DNA of 64,000 bases from an uncultured Planctomycetia bacterium. Its GTDB lineage: Bacteria > Omnitrophota > Gorgyraeia > Taenaricolales > CAZCCH01. The stretch lies in assembly GCA_964497315.1 (NCBI GenBank), contig CAZCCH010000003.1, positions 23,346-87,345 on the forward strand. The letters are read 5' to 3'. The position numbers and the translations under genes are program-made. A model generated the notes under the pieces. The model was not told where the DNA came from. It searched no databases and saw nothing but the letters and a program-made list of their open reading frames with translations. Below, piece after piece: positions 46,806 through 57,101 of this stretch (positions are counted from its first letter, which is position 1; every line of letters begins with the position of its first letter).

Positions 46806-48122
46806 ATGGATTATAGAGAAGCTTTAAAATATCTAAACTCCTTCATAGATTATGAGCGTATAGAAAAATATAGCTATGAGGGAAGTTTTAAACTGGATCG
46901 TGTAAAAAAGCTCCTGAACCTATTAGGTAACCCTCATAGAAGTTTACGCTGTATTCATGTAGCAGGCACAAAGGGCAAGGGTTCTGTTTGTGTGATGACA
47001 GCATATATACTAAAAGAGGCAGGTTTTAAAGTAGGTTTATACACATCGCCCCACCTTCATGATTTTAGAGAAAGGATAAGAATATTAAATTCAAACTCCG
47101 ATGACAATTTAGAATTTGGAGGCATGATAACAAAAGAAAACATTTGCAGGTTAACTGATACAATGAAGCCTTCAATTGAGAAGGTGCAGAAAGAGTTTGA
47201 AGCTGAACCACTAACATTTTTTGAAGTATATACAGCAGTTATGTTTTTGTATTTCAAGCAGAAAAAGATAGATTATGCAGTGATAGAAGTTGGACTTGGG
47301 GGAAGGCTCGATGCCACAAATGCAATAGAAAATCCCCTAGTCTGCTGCATAACGCCTATAAGCTTAGAGCACACAGACAAACTAGGGGTCAATATTGCAA
47401 ACATTGCCAGAGAAAAATCTATGATAATAAAAAAAGGATGCAAGGTTGTATCTGCCCCACAGCGCGAAGAAGTACTTAACCAAATACAGAAACTATGCCA
47501 AAAGAACAGCGTCGAACTTTTCCTTATAGGTAAAGACAAAGATTCTAACTTAAAGGTTAATCTCTTAGGGGAACACCAGCTGATGAACGCCGCTTGTGCA
47601 GTAAAAACAATTAAATGCTTACCTGTTGAGGTAAGAAAAGAGGCAATTCAACGAGGATTGAATCAAGTCCGCTGGCCTGGAAGGTTTGAGGTTCTAGGAG
47701 AAAAACCATACACTGTTGTTGACGGAGCGCAAAATACAGCCAGCGCAGCAGTTTTAGCAGAACAGGTTGGGAAGCTTTTCAGTTTTGATAGACTTGTTTT
47801 GGTAGTGGGTTTTTGTAAGGATAAAGATATTGAGGGCATATGCGAGATCCTTCTAGCTATAAGCAATGAAATAATAGTTACAAAATCCCAGAATCCCAGG
47901 GCAGTAGAACCGAAAGAGATATTTCAAATTATAAGGAATAAAAATTCAAATATACCCCTAACATTAACCGATAATGCTAGGCAAGCAATGAAAATCGCTT
48001 ATCAGAAGGCAAGTGGCAATGATTTAATTCTTATCACAGGCTCTTTATTTGTAGTAGCGGAAACCAGAAAAAAACTCCACCCAAAGGAATCCTTAGATGA
48101 AACAGAAGTTTTATCAAGATGA
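46806..48122 (+). CDS. folC: Folylpolyglutamate/dihydrofolate synthase
   Basis: IHVAGTKGKGS, YTSPHL, EVGLGGRLDATN, WPGR, ITGSLF. Confidence 0.94.
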   Translation: MDYREALKYLNSFIDYERIEKYSYEGSFKLDRVKKLLNLLGNPHRSLRCIHVAGTKGKGSVCVMTAYILKEAGFKVGLYTSPHLHDFRERIRILNSNSDDNLEFGGMITKENICRLTDTMKPSIEKVQKEFEAEPLTFFEVYTAVMFLYFKQKKIDYAVIEVGLGGRLDATNAIENPLVCCITPISLEHTDKLGVNIANIAREKSMIIKKGCKVVSAPQREEVLNQIQKLCQKNSVELFLIGKDKDSNLKVNLLGEHQLMNAACAVKTIKCLPVEVRKEAIQRGLNQVRWPGRFEVLGEKPYTVVDGAQNTASAAVLAEQVGKLFSFDRLVLVVGFCKDKDIEGICEILLAISNEIIVTKSQNPRAVEPKEIFQIIRNKNSNIPLTLTDNARQAMKIAYQKASGNDLILITGSLFVVAETRKKLHPKESLDETEVLSR

Positions 48123-49485
48123 TACGATTGTAGCAATTTCAACACCACCAGGTGAAGGTGGCATTGGAATAGTCAGGCTAAGCGGCAATGAGGCGCTTTC
48201 AATTGCTGATAAGGTATTCGTCTGTAAAAACAATAAAAAGCCTTCAAGGTTTAACTCTTACACCACGCATTATGGGTGGATTAAGGATGGCGAAGTTATA
48301 GATGAGGTCCTTCTTACAATAATGAAAGCCCCTAAGACTTATACAAAAGAAGATATCGTTGAGATAAACTGCCATAGCGGAATTATCCCTTTAAGAAAGA
48401 CCTTAGAACTTGCATTAAAACATGGAGCAAGAGTAGCCCAACCAGGGGAATTTACAAAGAGGGCCTTTTTAAATGGAAGGATTGATTTATCTCAAGCAGA
48501 GGCGGTTTTGGATGTTGTTGCATCTAAAACTGAACATTCTTTGCGAGCCGCAGTTACGCAACTTAAAGGCGGAATATCTAAAGAAATCAAGGTTATTAGT
48601 AGCTCTTTAGTTGGTATATTAGCCCACATAGAAGCATCTTTAGATTTTCCAGAAGAAGGATTAGAACTAAGTTCAAGAGCGAATACTTTAAAAACTCTAA
48701 AAAAAATAAATTCGCAATTGGAAAATTTATATGAATCCTCATCTTATGGAATGATTATAAAAGAAGGCATTACGACGGTGATAGCAGGCAGGCCTAATGT
48801 AGGAAAATCAAGCCTTTTAAATTCCCTCCTGGGGCAAGATAGAGCCATAGTTACCTCAATAGCCGGTACTACAGTAGATACAATAGAGGAGGTGATAGAT
48901 ATAGATGGAATTCCCGTAAAGGTAGTGGATACAGCAGGCATTATAGAACCAAAAGATTTGATACAAACTCAAGCAGTCAAAAGATCTAATAAATACCTAG
49001 AGAGAGCAGATTTAGTTTTACTCATTTTAGATGCAAGTCAAACAGTTAAAACAGAAGATAAAACTTTAATTGAACGGATAAAGAAAAAGGAATTTATAGT
49101 TGTATTAAATAAAAGGGATCTTAAAAAAAGAATAAATCTAAACAGATTAAAGGCAAAGTTAAAAAATAAAATAACAGTGAATACCTCAGCTACTAAAAAA
49201 ACAGGCCTATCTAGACTTAAAAAGGAAATCTCAAAGACAATCTGGAAGGGCAAGGTAAAATCTTACCCCGATGTAATGATAACTAATGCAAGACATAAAG
49301 AAGCAGTTAGAAAGGCTTTTTTGTGTACAAAGAAAGCATATTCAAATATAGAGAATTGTTTAAGTGAGGAATTTATAGCTGAAGATTTAAAAGAGGCGCT
49401 GAATGAATTAGGTGCTATTACAGGAAATTGTGCCAGAGAAGAAGTTTTGGATAAAATATTTTCAGAGTTTTGCATAGGTAAATAA
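48097..49485 (+). CDS. mnmE: tRNA modification GTPase
   Basis: [42 protein letters not shown]. Confidence 0.96.
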   Translation: MKQKFYQDDTIVAISTPPGEGGIGIVRLSGNEALSIADKVFVCKNNKKPSRFNSYTTHYGWIKDGEVIDEVLLTIMKAPKTYTKEDIVEINCHSGIIPLRKTLELALKHGARVAQPGEFTKRAFLNGRIDLSQAEAVLDVVASKTEHSLRAAVTQLKGGISKEIKVISSSLVGILAHIEASLDFPEEGLELSSRANTLKTLKKINSQLENLYESSSYGMIIKEGITTVIAGRPNVGKSSLLNSLLGQDRAIVTSIAGTTVDTIEEVIDIDGIPVKVVDTAGIIEPKDLIQTQAVKRSNKYLERADLVLLILDASQTVKTEDKTLIERIKKKEFIVVLNKRDLKKRINLNRLKAKLKNKITVNTSATKKTGLSRLKKEISKTIWKGKVKSYPDVMITNARHKEAVRKAFLCTKKAYSNIENCLSEEFIAEDLKEALNELGAITGNCAREEVLDKIFSEFCIGK

Positions 49486-49498
49486 CAAAGGAGTGAAA

Positions 49499-51043
49499 AT
49501 GGATAAGAAGAAAATAGAAGAAGCAGTAAAACAAATACTTAAGGCAATCGGAGATGACCCCAAAAGAGAAGGTCTTAAAGCCACACCAAAACGCGTTGCT
49601 GAAATGTATGAGGAGATTTTTAGTGGCATAAAACAAGACCCTAAAAAAGAATTGGAGGTTATATTTGAGCATGAGCACGATGAGGTAATCCTTTTAAAGG
49701 GCATACCTTTGTATTCTATATGTGAGCACCACCTCGTTCCCTTTATAGGTAAAGCGCATGTAGCATATATACCAGAGGGTAATAGGGTAACCGGTTTAAG
49801 TAAATTAGCAAGGGTTGTAGATATTTTATCAAAAAAGCCGCAGGTCCAGGAGAGATTGACGACGCAGATTGCAGAGATAATTATGAAAAAATTAAAACCA
49901 AAGGGCGTTTTGGTGGTATTAGAAGCAGAACACCTTTGTTACGATAAAAAAACGGAAATTTTGACAGAAGCTGGATGGAAATTTTTTAAAAAGCTAGAAA
50001 AAAATGATAAAGTAGCTCAGGTAGATATGCCTACTAGAGAGTTATCTTTTGTTAAGCCCAAAAAAATTATTTCATATAACTATAGTGGTGAAATGGTAAA
50101 TGTGAATAGCTTATCCGTAAATCTTTTAGTTACGCCAGACCACAGATTTTGCTATTGTTCAGATTGGAGTTTTTACAATCACCAAGAACCTAACTTCAAG
50201 ATAGGAGTCGCCAGAGAATTGGTAAAAAAGTACGTAGTAATTCCCAGGGCATGCAACTGGGGCGGAAAAAGTTGTGGTAGTATAAAAATCGGAAGGTATA
50301 ACATCGCTTTTAAAAAATTCGCCCAACTATTTGGCATATGGGTTGGCGAGGGCTGTGTTACACACGCTGGAAAAAGGAAATTTTTTGTTGTATCGCAGAG
50401 CCCTAATTCACCACATTTTAAAAATATTAATAGTTTATTTGATAGTCTTAGAATAAAATACATAAAAGCCAAAAGCGGAAAAACGATACAATTTCGTATA
50501 GAAAGTAACGATTTTTATAATTATTTTAAACAGTTTGGCAAGTCAGATAAAAAATTCGTCCCGAAAATAATTAAAAATTCATCACCCCATTATTTAAAAA
50601 TATTTTTAGATTGGTATGTAAAAGGCGATGGTCATATAAAGAAAAATGGAGCTTATCATTTTGTATCTAAATCAGAAAAATTAATAGATGACCTTCAGGA
50701 GATATGTATTAAATTAGGCATGGGTTGTACAAAACAAAATAATAAAAACCATTACAGAATGGAGACCCACAAGGCAAAAAGTGGAATGGATAAGTGGTAT
50801 TCTAGATTAATACCAGAAAATTTTTCTATAACGCATTATAAAGGAAAGATATATTGCGTTTCGGTTCCCAAGGGACTAATTTTAGTACGCAGGATGGGAC
50901 GGGTTGCCGTTTGCGGCAACTGCATGTCTATGAGGGGAGTAAAAAAACCAGGGATTTTAACTGTAACAAGTGCGGTGCGAGGAATTTTTAGGGAAAATGA
51001 AAAAACTAGGGCAGAGGCCCTTTCTTTAATCGGACAAAGATGA
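49499..51043 (+). CDS. folE: GTP cyclohydrolase I containing an intein
   Basis: REGL..TP.RVA, CEHHL.PF.G, GLSKLAR, QVQERLT, EAEHL[intein]CMSMRGV; SD AAGGAG before ATG 49499. Confidence 0.94.
   Translation: MDKKKIEEAVKQILKAIGDDPKREGLKATPKRVAEMYEEIFSGIKQDPKKELEVIFEHEHDEVILLKGIPLYSICEHHLVPFIGKAHVAYIPEGNRVTGLSKLARVVDILSKKPQVQERLTTQIAEIIMKKLKPKGVLVVLEAEHLCYDKKTEILTEAGWKFFKKLEKNDKVAQVDMPTRELSFVKPKKIISYNYSGEMVNVNSLSVNLLVTPDHRFCYCSDWSFYNHQEPNFKIGVARELVKKYVVIPRACNWGGKSCGSIKIGRYNIAFKKFAQLFGIWVGEGCVTHAGKRKFFVVSQSPNSPHFKNINSLFDSLRIKYIKAKSGKTIQFRIESNDFYNYFKQFGKSDKKFVPKIIKNSSPHYLKIFLDWYVKGDGHIKKNGAYHFVSKSEKLIDDLQEICIKLGMGCTKQNNKNHYRMETHKAKSGMDKWYSRLIPENFSITHYKGKIYCVSVPKGLILVRRMGRVAVCGNCMSMRGVKKPGILTVTSAVRGIFRENEKTRAEALSLIGQR
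49937..50920 (+). mobile_element. Intein with LAGLIDADG-like endonuclease in FolE (328 aa)
   Basis: Starts [14 protein letters not shown], block B VTPDH, GIWVGEG and YVKGDG motifs, block [12 protein letters not shown], ends CGN followed by +1 Cys. Confidence 0.92.
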
Positions 51044-52728
51044 AAAGACATCGCCAGTTTGTTATTTTAATTTTTCTCCTGGCTTTAAGTTTACGTTTAA
51101 TTTATTTAATAGAAGTAGAAAAAAATCCATTTTTTTATCCACAAACAAAAGGGTTAGATGGATTTTTTTATCATGAATTAGCAAAAGATTTAAAAGCTGG
51201 ACTTTGGCCATCTGAAGGACTTTCACAAGGATTACCTTTTTATCCTTATTTAATTTCTTTTATATACAAAATTTTTGGTGTTAATTCCTACCTGGTAAGG
51301 TTTCTACAAATATTTTTAGGAAGCCTTAGTTGCATTTTTATTTATTTTATAGCGCATAAGGCCTTTAAAGATATAAGGGTAGCTAGAGTTTCTTCGTTAC
51401 TGGCAGCTTGTTATGGACCGTTTCTGTTTTTTGAAGGACTTTTAGTTCCTACTTCCTTAGCTATATTCTTAATATGTGCCTCATTAATGTTGCTTTTACA
51501 TTTTTTTGAATCGAAGAAACTACTAACACTTTTTCTGGCAGGTTTATTGCTCGGATGTTCATTACTAACGAGTTCTGTCATTTTACCATTTATCCTATGT
51601 GTTCCCATATGGCTCATATGGATTTTAAAAGGAAAACAAAGGATAATCGCTCTTTTCTTTTATTTATTGGCTGTATCTTTACCAATGTTGTTATTATCAA
51701 CTAAAAATCTTACCACACAACAAGACATGAGATTATTTGCAATGCACGGTGGGATAAACTTTTATATCGGCAATAACCCAACTGCAGATGGGACCTTTAG
51801 GAGCCCTCATGGCTTTACCCCCAACGCAAATGGATTGATAAAAGATTCTAGCTTGTATGCTAAGAAATTATCGAAAGAAAAGAATTTATCCTATAAAGAT
51901 ATTTCAAGGTTTTGGTACAAGGAGGCATTTAAATTTATACGCAAAAACCCAAAGGCATATTTAAAATTAAACTGGCGTAAATTTTTACTTTTCTTTAATG
52001 CAAAAGAATTACATGATGTGGCAGACTACAATTTTTACAAAAAACATTCTCTTATTTTAAGAAAATTCACATTACACCTTAGTGTGATTTTGGGGTTTTG
52101 TGTATTTGGTTTGATTTTAAATCTTAAAAGATTTAAACGCCTTAGCTTGTTTTATGTATTAACTTTTTCAACTCTCGCATCTTGTGTTTTGTTTTTTGTA
52201 AATTCAAGGTACCGCATGTTAACAATTTGTCCACTTTTAATATTCTGCGCCTATACGTTGATATGGTTGTTTGATAACTTAAAGCGAAAAAGCTTCAAGA
52301 GGATTTTTATTTCTGTATGTGTTATTGTGGTGTTATTTTTTTTAACAAATATCAAGATCATAACTTCCAGCAATACGACCACAACTGCCTATAATCTATC
52401 CGTAGTTTATGCAAGTTCAGGCAACATAGATAAGGCTATAACAGAATGTGAAAAATTACTTAGCGTACATCCTGATTTAGCCCCAGCCCATTTTAATCTA
52501 GGTGTTTGTTTTTATAAAAGAGGACAGCTATATAAAGCAAGGAAAGAATTTAAGATATGTATAAAACTAGACAATGACTATCGTGATGCCTATTTCAACC
52601 TGGGAGTAATCTATTATAAACAGGGCAAGTACAAGGAGGCCTTAGATTATTTCAATGAGGTACTTTCACGAGATCCCGATGACCAACCAACAAGGAATTA
52701 CCTAACAGAGATACAAAGAGTAAAATAA
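51040..52728 (+). CDS. GT-C (PMT/ArnT-like) membrane glycosyltransferase with C-terminal TPRs
   Basis: [24 protein letters not shown], multiple TM segments, TPR repeats AHFNLG/AYFNLG. Confidence 0.82.
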   Translation: MKRHRQFVILIFLLALSLRLIYLIEVEKNPFFYPQTKGLDGFFYHELAKDLKAGLWPSEGLSQGLPFYPYLISFIYKIFGVNSYLVRFLQIFLGSLSCIFIYFIAHKAFKDIRVARVSSLLAACYGPFLFFEGLLVPTSLAIFLICASLMLLLHFFESKKLLTLFLAGLLLGCSLLTSSVILPFILCVPIWLIWILKGKQRIIALFFYLLAVSLPMLLLSTKNLTTQQDMRLFAMHGGINFYIGNNPTADGTFRSPHGFTPNANGLIKDSSLYAKKLSKEKNLSYKDISRFWYKEAFKFIRKNPKAYLKLNWRKFLLFFNAKELHDVADYNFYKKHSLILRKFTLHLSVILGFCVFGLILNLKRFKRLSLFYVLTFSTLASCVLFFVNSRYRMLTICPLLIFCAYTLIWLFDNLKRKSFKRIFISVCVIVVLFFLTNIKIITSSNTTTTAYNLSVVYASSGNIDKAITECEKLLSVHPDLAPAHFNLGVCFYKRGQLYKARKEFKICIKLDNDYRDAYFNLGVIYYKQGKYKEALDYFNEVLSRDPDDQPTRNYLTEIQRVK

Positions 52729-52748
52729 AGACACTCATAATATAAGGC

Positions 52749-52777
52749 TTGCACTTTTGAGCTAATTGTACTATAAT
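52749..52777 (+). promoter_or_regulatory. Sigma70-type promoter of pilT (very short leader)
   Basis: TTGCAC-N17-TATAAT, 11 nt upstream of ATG 52789, no SD. Confidence 0.7.
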
Positions 52778-52788
52778 TATCTATTAAA

Positions 52789-53838
52789 ATGGACATCAAA
52801 CAACTACTTCAACTAGCTATGACCGCAGAGGCATCAGATCTTCATCTGACGGCAAATTCACCTCCTATCATCAGGGTAGATGGCAGCTTAAGGACATTGA
52901 AAGATATAGGCAATTTAGACGAAGATGCCATCAAGCGGATGATATATGATATTCTTACTGACCAACAGAAGGAACAATTTAAAAAAGAACTAGAATTAGA
53001 TTTTTCTACTTCTGTCCCTGGAATTGTACGATTGCGCGTAAATGTCCATAAACAAAAGGGTTTCGTTGAGGCGGCCTTTAGATTAATCCCATCTAAAATA
53101 ATGTCGCTTGGAGAACTTGGCATGCCTGATGTGGTAGGGAATTTAGCAAGAAGGTCTCACGGATTAGTTTTAGTTACGGGTCCAGCAGGTACTGGTAAGT
53201 CTACTACTTTAGCAGCTCTGATTGACATGATAAATACAGAGAAGAGTTGCGTAATAGTGACCATAGAAGACCCAATAGAGTTTGTTTTTAAAAGCAAAAA
53301 ATCCATAATAAAACAAAGAGAAGTCGGCAAAGACACTACTTCTTTTACTAGGGCGCTTAAGGCAGTCTTAAGACAAGACCCTAATGTGATAATGGTTGGG
53401 GAAATGAGAGATTTAGAAACTATTTCTACTGTTATAACAGCAGCAGAGACAGGTCATCTTGTCTTAAGTACCCTTCACACCACAAATGCTCCAAATACTA
53501 TAGACCGCTTGATAGATGTATTTCCAGATACCCAGCAACAGCAGATAAAAATGCAATTGTCCGGTTGCCTTCAAGGTATAATTAGCCAGCAGTTGTTGCC
53601 TAGGACAGATGGCAAGGGTAGGACTATGGCTTGTGAAGTTTTGGTTGCTACAACAGCCGTCCGGCAACTTATTAAGCAACACCAGACCGAACAACTCCCC
53701 AGGATTATAGAGACAGGCGCTGAATTTGGTATGGTTTCAATGGATAAGAGCTTGAAGGGGTTAGTTAAAGAAGGAGTTATTACTAATAAAACTGCTATGT
53801 CTAAGGTTCATGACATAGAAATGTTTGAGAGCTATTAA
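52789..53838 (+). CDS. pilT: Type IV pilus retraction ATPase (PilT/PilU family)
   Basis: ASDLHL, GPAGTGKSTT, TIEDPIE, LRQDPNVIMVGEMRD, AETGHLVLSTLHT. Confidence 0.92.
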   Translation: MDIKQLLQLAMTAEASDLHLTANSPPIIRVDGSLRTLKDIGNLDEDAIKRMIYDILTDQQKEQFKKELELDFSTSVPGIVRLRVNVHKQKGFVEAAFRLIPSKIMSLGELGMPDVVGNLARRSHGLVLVTGPAGTGKSTTLAALIDMINTEKSCVIVTIEDPIEFVFKSKKSIIKQREVGKDTTSFTRALKAVLRQDPNVIMVGEMRDLETISTVITAAETGHLVLSTLHTTNAPNTIDRLIDVFPDTQQQQIKMQLSGCLQGIISQQLLPRTDGKGRTMACEVLVATTAVRQLIKQHQTEQLPRIIETGAEFGMVSMDKSLKGLVKEGVITNKTAMSKVHDIEMFESY

Positions 53839-53839
53839 A

Positions 53840-54289
53840 ATGGAAAATCCTGTAATTATCGTTTTTCAGAATAAGATATTTTTACTCACGCTTTTTTCTT
53901 GGCTGACCGCACAGTGTATAAAGATTGGGCTTGGCGTTATATTTGAGAAAAAGTTCAACTTTAAATGGCTCCTAGGTACAGGTGGCATGCCTAGTGCCCA
54001 TGCAGCTGCAGTTACTGCACTTGCCTTTTCTGTGGGGTTAGAAATTGGATATGACACCCCTTTGTTTATAGCAACATTTGTTTTTGCATTTATAACTATG
54101 TTTGATGCTCAGGGGGTAAGAAGGGCTGCAGGCAAACAGGCAGCCGTATTAAATAAAATGGTAGATGAACTTTACCAGAAAATGGAGATAGAACCCGAAA
54201 GGCTAAAAGAACTTTTAGGTCATACCCCTATTGAAGTATTTGCAGGAGCCTTTTTAGGGATGATGATAGCATTAATCTTTGGAGGTTAA
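53840..54289 (+). CDS. Divergent PAP2 family membrane protein (DUF212)
   Basis: AQCIK, GGMPSAH, MFDAQGVRRAAG, LKELLGHTP.EV. Confidence 0.9.
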   Translation: MENPVIIVFQNKIFLLTLFSWLTAQCIKIGLGVIFEKKFNFKWLLGTGGMPSAHAAAVTALAFSVGLEIGYDTPLFIATFVFAFITMFDAQGVRRAAGKQAAVLNKMVDELYQKMEIEPERLKELLGHTPIEVFAGAFLGMMIALIFGG

Positions 54290-54297
54290 AAAGAAAG

Positions 54298-55203
54298 ATG
54301 AACAGAAGACTTGTCATAATTATTCTATCCTGCGTTGTGATTGGTGTAATTTTAATTATGGCTACCGGAGCCAGGAGGATTTTATTCCCAGATAAAGCAG
54401 AAAGGCTTTTTAATCAGGCAAAGGAAACTTTTGAAAATAAAGCTTTTGATATGGCTATTAAAGACTATCAAAACATAATTGAAAAATATCCAAAATCAAA
54501 ATGGGTTGGCAAAAGCTTTATTGGGTTAGCTGAGAGTTTTAAAACGCAAGGCCGCTTACTAGAAGCCAAAGATGCCTACAAGAATGCCTTAACAAAAGTA
54601 TCAAGTAGTAAGTTAGTGAAGAATATCAAGAAAAATTTAGAAAAGCTAAATATGGAAATTTTATTTTCTTCCATCATAACTAAAGATAGCATTGCATATG
54701 GTGTGCAGCCAGGGGATACCCTAATTGCAATAGCCAGGCGTTTTAATACTACAGTTAATCTTATAAAAAGGTCCAATGGATTAAAAACCTCTTTGATAAA
54801 ACCGGGTACGGACTTAAAAATCTCTAAGGCAAAGTTTAGCGTAATCGTCGACAAATCTCAAAATACCTTAAGTTTGAAAGTGGGTGAGGAGGTATATAAA
54901 ATTTACCCCGTTTCTACAGGAGAAGGTAGCTCTACCCCAATAGGAATTTTTTGCGCAACAGATAAGTTAAGAAATCCTGTATGGTTTACTACGGGAGCAA
55001 TAGTTCCTCCTGATAGCCCGGAGAATATTTTGGGTACGAGATGGATTGGTATTTCAAAACAAGGCTATGGTATTCATGGCACAACAGAACCACAAACTAT
55101 AGGCACGCACGTAACAAAAGGCTGTGTTAGGATGCACAATCGTGACGTAGAAGAACTTTTTGACATATTGCCTGCTGGTGCCGAAGTGGTTATTGTAGAT
55201 TAA
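54298..55203 (+). CDS. L,D-transpeptidase (YkuD) with TPR and LysM domains
   Basis: N-terminal TM, TPR, VQPGDTL LysM, GIHGT...GCVRM. Confidence 0.9.
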   Translation: MNRRLVIIILSCVVIGVILIMATGARRILFPDKAERLFNQAKETFENKAFDMAIKDYQNIIEKYPKSKWVGKSFIGLAESFKTQGRLLEAKDAYKNALTKVSSSKLVKNIKKNLEKLNMEILFSSIITKDSIAYGVQPGDTLIAIARRFNTTVNLIKRSNGLKTSLIKPGTDLKISKAKFSVIVDKSQNTLSLKVGEEVYKIYPVSTGEGSSTPIGIFCATDKLRNPVWFTTGAIVPPDSPENILGTRWIGISKQGYGIHGTTEPQTIGTHVTKGCVRMHNRDVEELFDILPAGAEVVIVD

Positions 55204-55205
55204 AA

Positions 55206-56159
55206 ATGAATGGCACTTTAGATTTTGAAAGACCAATTATAGAGCTTGAGCGAAAGATAGAAGAACTGAAGAAATTTACCTCTGGTGAAAAGCTTGAGTT
55301 CAAAGATGAAATAAAAAAGCTAGAAGAAAAGCTTGCAAAGATAAAAGTTACTACCTATAAAGACCTTACCCCCTGGCAAAGAGTTCAGCTAGCCCGCCAT
55401 CCTAAAAGGCCTTACACATTAGACTACATAGATATGATAATGTCTGATTTTGTTGAGTTCCATGGTGATGGATTGTTTTCAGATGACAAGGCACTCGTTG
55501 CAGGTTTTGCTAGGCTTAATGGAATAAAACTTGCCATAATGGGTCATCAAAAAGGCAGGGACACAAAAGAGAACTTAATGAGAAACTTCGGGAGTGCCCA
55601 CCCCGAAGGCTATAGAAAAGCAATGCGGATTATGAAGCTGGCTGAAAAATTCAAACTTCCAATAGTCGTGTTCATTGATACACCTGGTGCATACCCAGGC
55701 ATAGGAGCTGAAGAAAGGGGACAGGCAGAGGCCATAGCTAAAAATTTAGAACAGATGATAATGGTTAAAGTCCCCATAGTTATCTTTGTTATTGGAGAAG
55801 GTGGTTCAGGAGGTGCCTTAGGGGTAGGTATTGGAGATCGTTTGTGTATATTAGAAAATGCTTATTATTCTGTAATCTCTCCTGAAGGGTGTGCGGCAAT
55901 TCTTTGGAAGGACAGGGCCAAGGCCCCTGAAGCTGCCAAGGCACTTAAATTGACAGCAAAGGATTTATTGGAATTAGGTGTTGCAGATGAGATTATAGAA
56001 GAGCCGCTGGGCGGAGCTCATCGTGAGGCCCAAAAGGTAGCCAGTAATATAAAAGAGGCTATAAAGCGAAACCTATCAGAACTTGCCAAGCTTTCCGAAC
56101 AACAACTGCTTAAATCAAGATACGAAAAATTTAGAAAGATAGGTGTGTTTAAGGAATAA
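55206..56159 (+). CDS. accA: Acetyl-CoA carboxylase carboxyltransferase alpha subunit
   Basis: LDFE.PI, ARHP.RP, GHQKGR, DTPGAYPG, GEGGSGGAL, ISPEGCAAILW. Confidence 0.97.
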   Translation: MNGTLDFERPIIELERKIEELKKFTSGEKLEFKDEIKKLEEKLAKIKVTTYKDLTPWQRVQLARHPKRPYTLDYIDMIMSDFVEFHGDGLFSDDKALVAGFARLNGIKLAIMGHQKGRDTKENLMRNFGSAHPEGYRKAMRIMKLAEKFKLPIVVFIDTPGAYPGIGAEERGQAEAIAKNLEQMIMVKVPIVIFVIGEGGSGGALGVGIGDRLCILENAYYSVISPEGCAAILWKDRAKAPEAAKALKLTAKDLLELGVADEIIEEPLGGAHREAQKVASNIKEAIKRNLSELAKLSEQQLLKSRYEKFRKIGVFKE

Positions 56160-56164
56160 ACCTC

Positions 56165-56251
56165 GCCGGAGTGATGAAATTGGCAGACATGCGGGTCTCA
56201 AAAACCCGTGGGGTTAAACCCGTGTCGGTTCGACTCCGACCTCCGGCACCA
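56165..56251 (+). tRNA. tRNA-Leu(CAA)
   Basis: Acceptor GCCGGAG/CTCCGGC, anticodon arm CGGGT-CTCAAAA-ACCCG, long variable arm, GTTCGA T-loop, encoded CCA. Confidence 0.95.
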
Positions 56252-56289
56252 TTAAATATTTCGTACCCCTGATCTTTATAATAATATAG

Positions 56290-56329
56290 TTGACATAGCT
56301 ATTCAGATATAGTATAATCTATAGCTATG
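56290..56329 (+). promoter_or_regulatory. Perfect sigma70 promoter bracketed by an inverted repeat
   Basis: TTGACA(56290)-N17-TATAAT(56313); CATAGCTAT (56294) / ATAGCTATG (56321, includes the start ATG). Confidence 0.8.
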
Positions 56330-57001
56330 AGGAAGAAAACCAGTAAAATCAGAAGCAAGGCGATAAGCTTAAGAAGAAAAGGCCACTCTCTTTTAGAAAT
56401 ATCCAATATTCTCAATACTCCTAGAACTACAATACAGGGATGGGTTAACAATATAAAGCTCACAAAGAAGCAAGAAACCCGCCTGTTTAAAAAAGCATTA
56501 GAATGCGGAAAAAAAGGACTAGAAAAAGCCTTAATAGTAAATAAGAAGAAAAAAGAACAGTGGAAAAATGAGATTATTTGCAAGGCAAAAAGATTTAAGA
56601 GTGTCTTTGACAAAGAAAGTGATGTAGCAAAGTTAATATGCGGGGTATTATATATTTGTGAAGGAGCAAAATACCCATCTTCCAGACAACTGATTTTTGC
56701 AAATTCCGATGAGAGAATGATAAAGGTATTTTTAGATTTATTAAGAAAAAATTTTGATATTGATGAAAAAAAATTCAGATGTAGGGTAACACATAGATAC
56801 GACCAAAAAGGGGATTTATTAAGCAAGTACTGGTCGAATTTGACTAAAATCCCATTAGCACAGTTTTATAAAACTTACAAAGATAAGCGCACCAGAGGAA
56901 AGGTTACTAAGAAAAAAGGCTACAAAGGAATTTGCGCGCTTTGTTATTTGAGCGCCGATTTGCAATATGAAATTCAATCAATAGGAGAGACTATCTATTG
57001 A
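56327..57001 (+). CDS. Basic protein with N-terminal HTH and single LAGLIDADG-like motif, located between two tRNA genes
   Basis: AISLRRKGHSLLEISNILNTPRTTIQGWV (HTH); CGVLYICEGAK...FANSDERMIKVFLDLL (LAGLIDADG-like). Confidence 0.75.
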   Translation: MRKKTSKIRSKAISLRRKGHSLLEISNILNTPRTTIQGWVNNIKLTKKQETRLFKKALECGKKGLEKALIVNKKKKEQWKNEIICKAKRFKSVFDKESDVAKLICGVLYICEGAKYPSSRQLIFANSDERMIKVFLDLLRKNFDIDEKKFRCRVTHRYDQKGDLLSKYWSNLTKIPLAQFYKTYKDKRTRGKVTKKKGYKGICALCYLSADLQYEIQSIGETIY

Positions 57002-57009
57002 AAATATGT

Positions 57010-57083
57010 GGGGCTGTGGTGAAATGGGATCACATCACAATGGCATTGTGATATTACGGGTTCGACTCCCGTCAGCTCCACCA
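57010..57083 (+). tRNA. tRNA-Ala(GGC)
   Basis: Acceptor GGGGCTG/CAGCTCC with G3-U70, anticodon arm TCACA-ATGGCAT-TGTGA, GTTCGA T-loop, encoded CCA. Confidence 0.93.
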
Positions 57084-57101
57084 ATTTGTTTTTTATAAAC
57101 C

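Noticed and set aside
56252-57009. Integrated prophage or genomic island at tRNA-Leu
   Set aside because: The interval is only ~750 bp, with no integrase and no duplicated tRNA 3' end.
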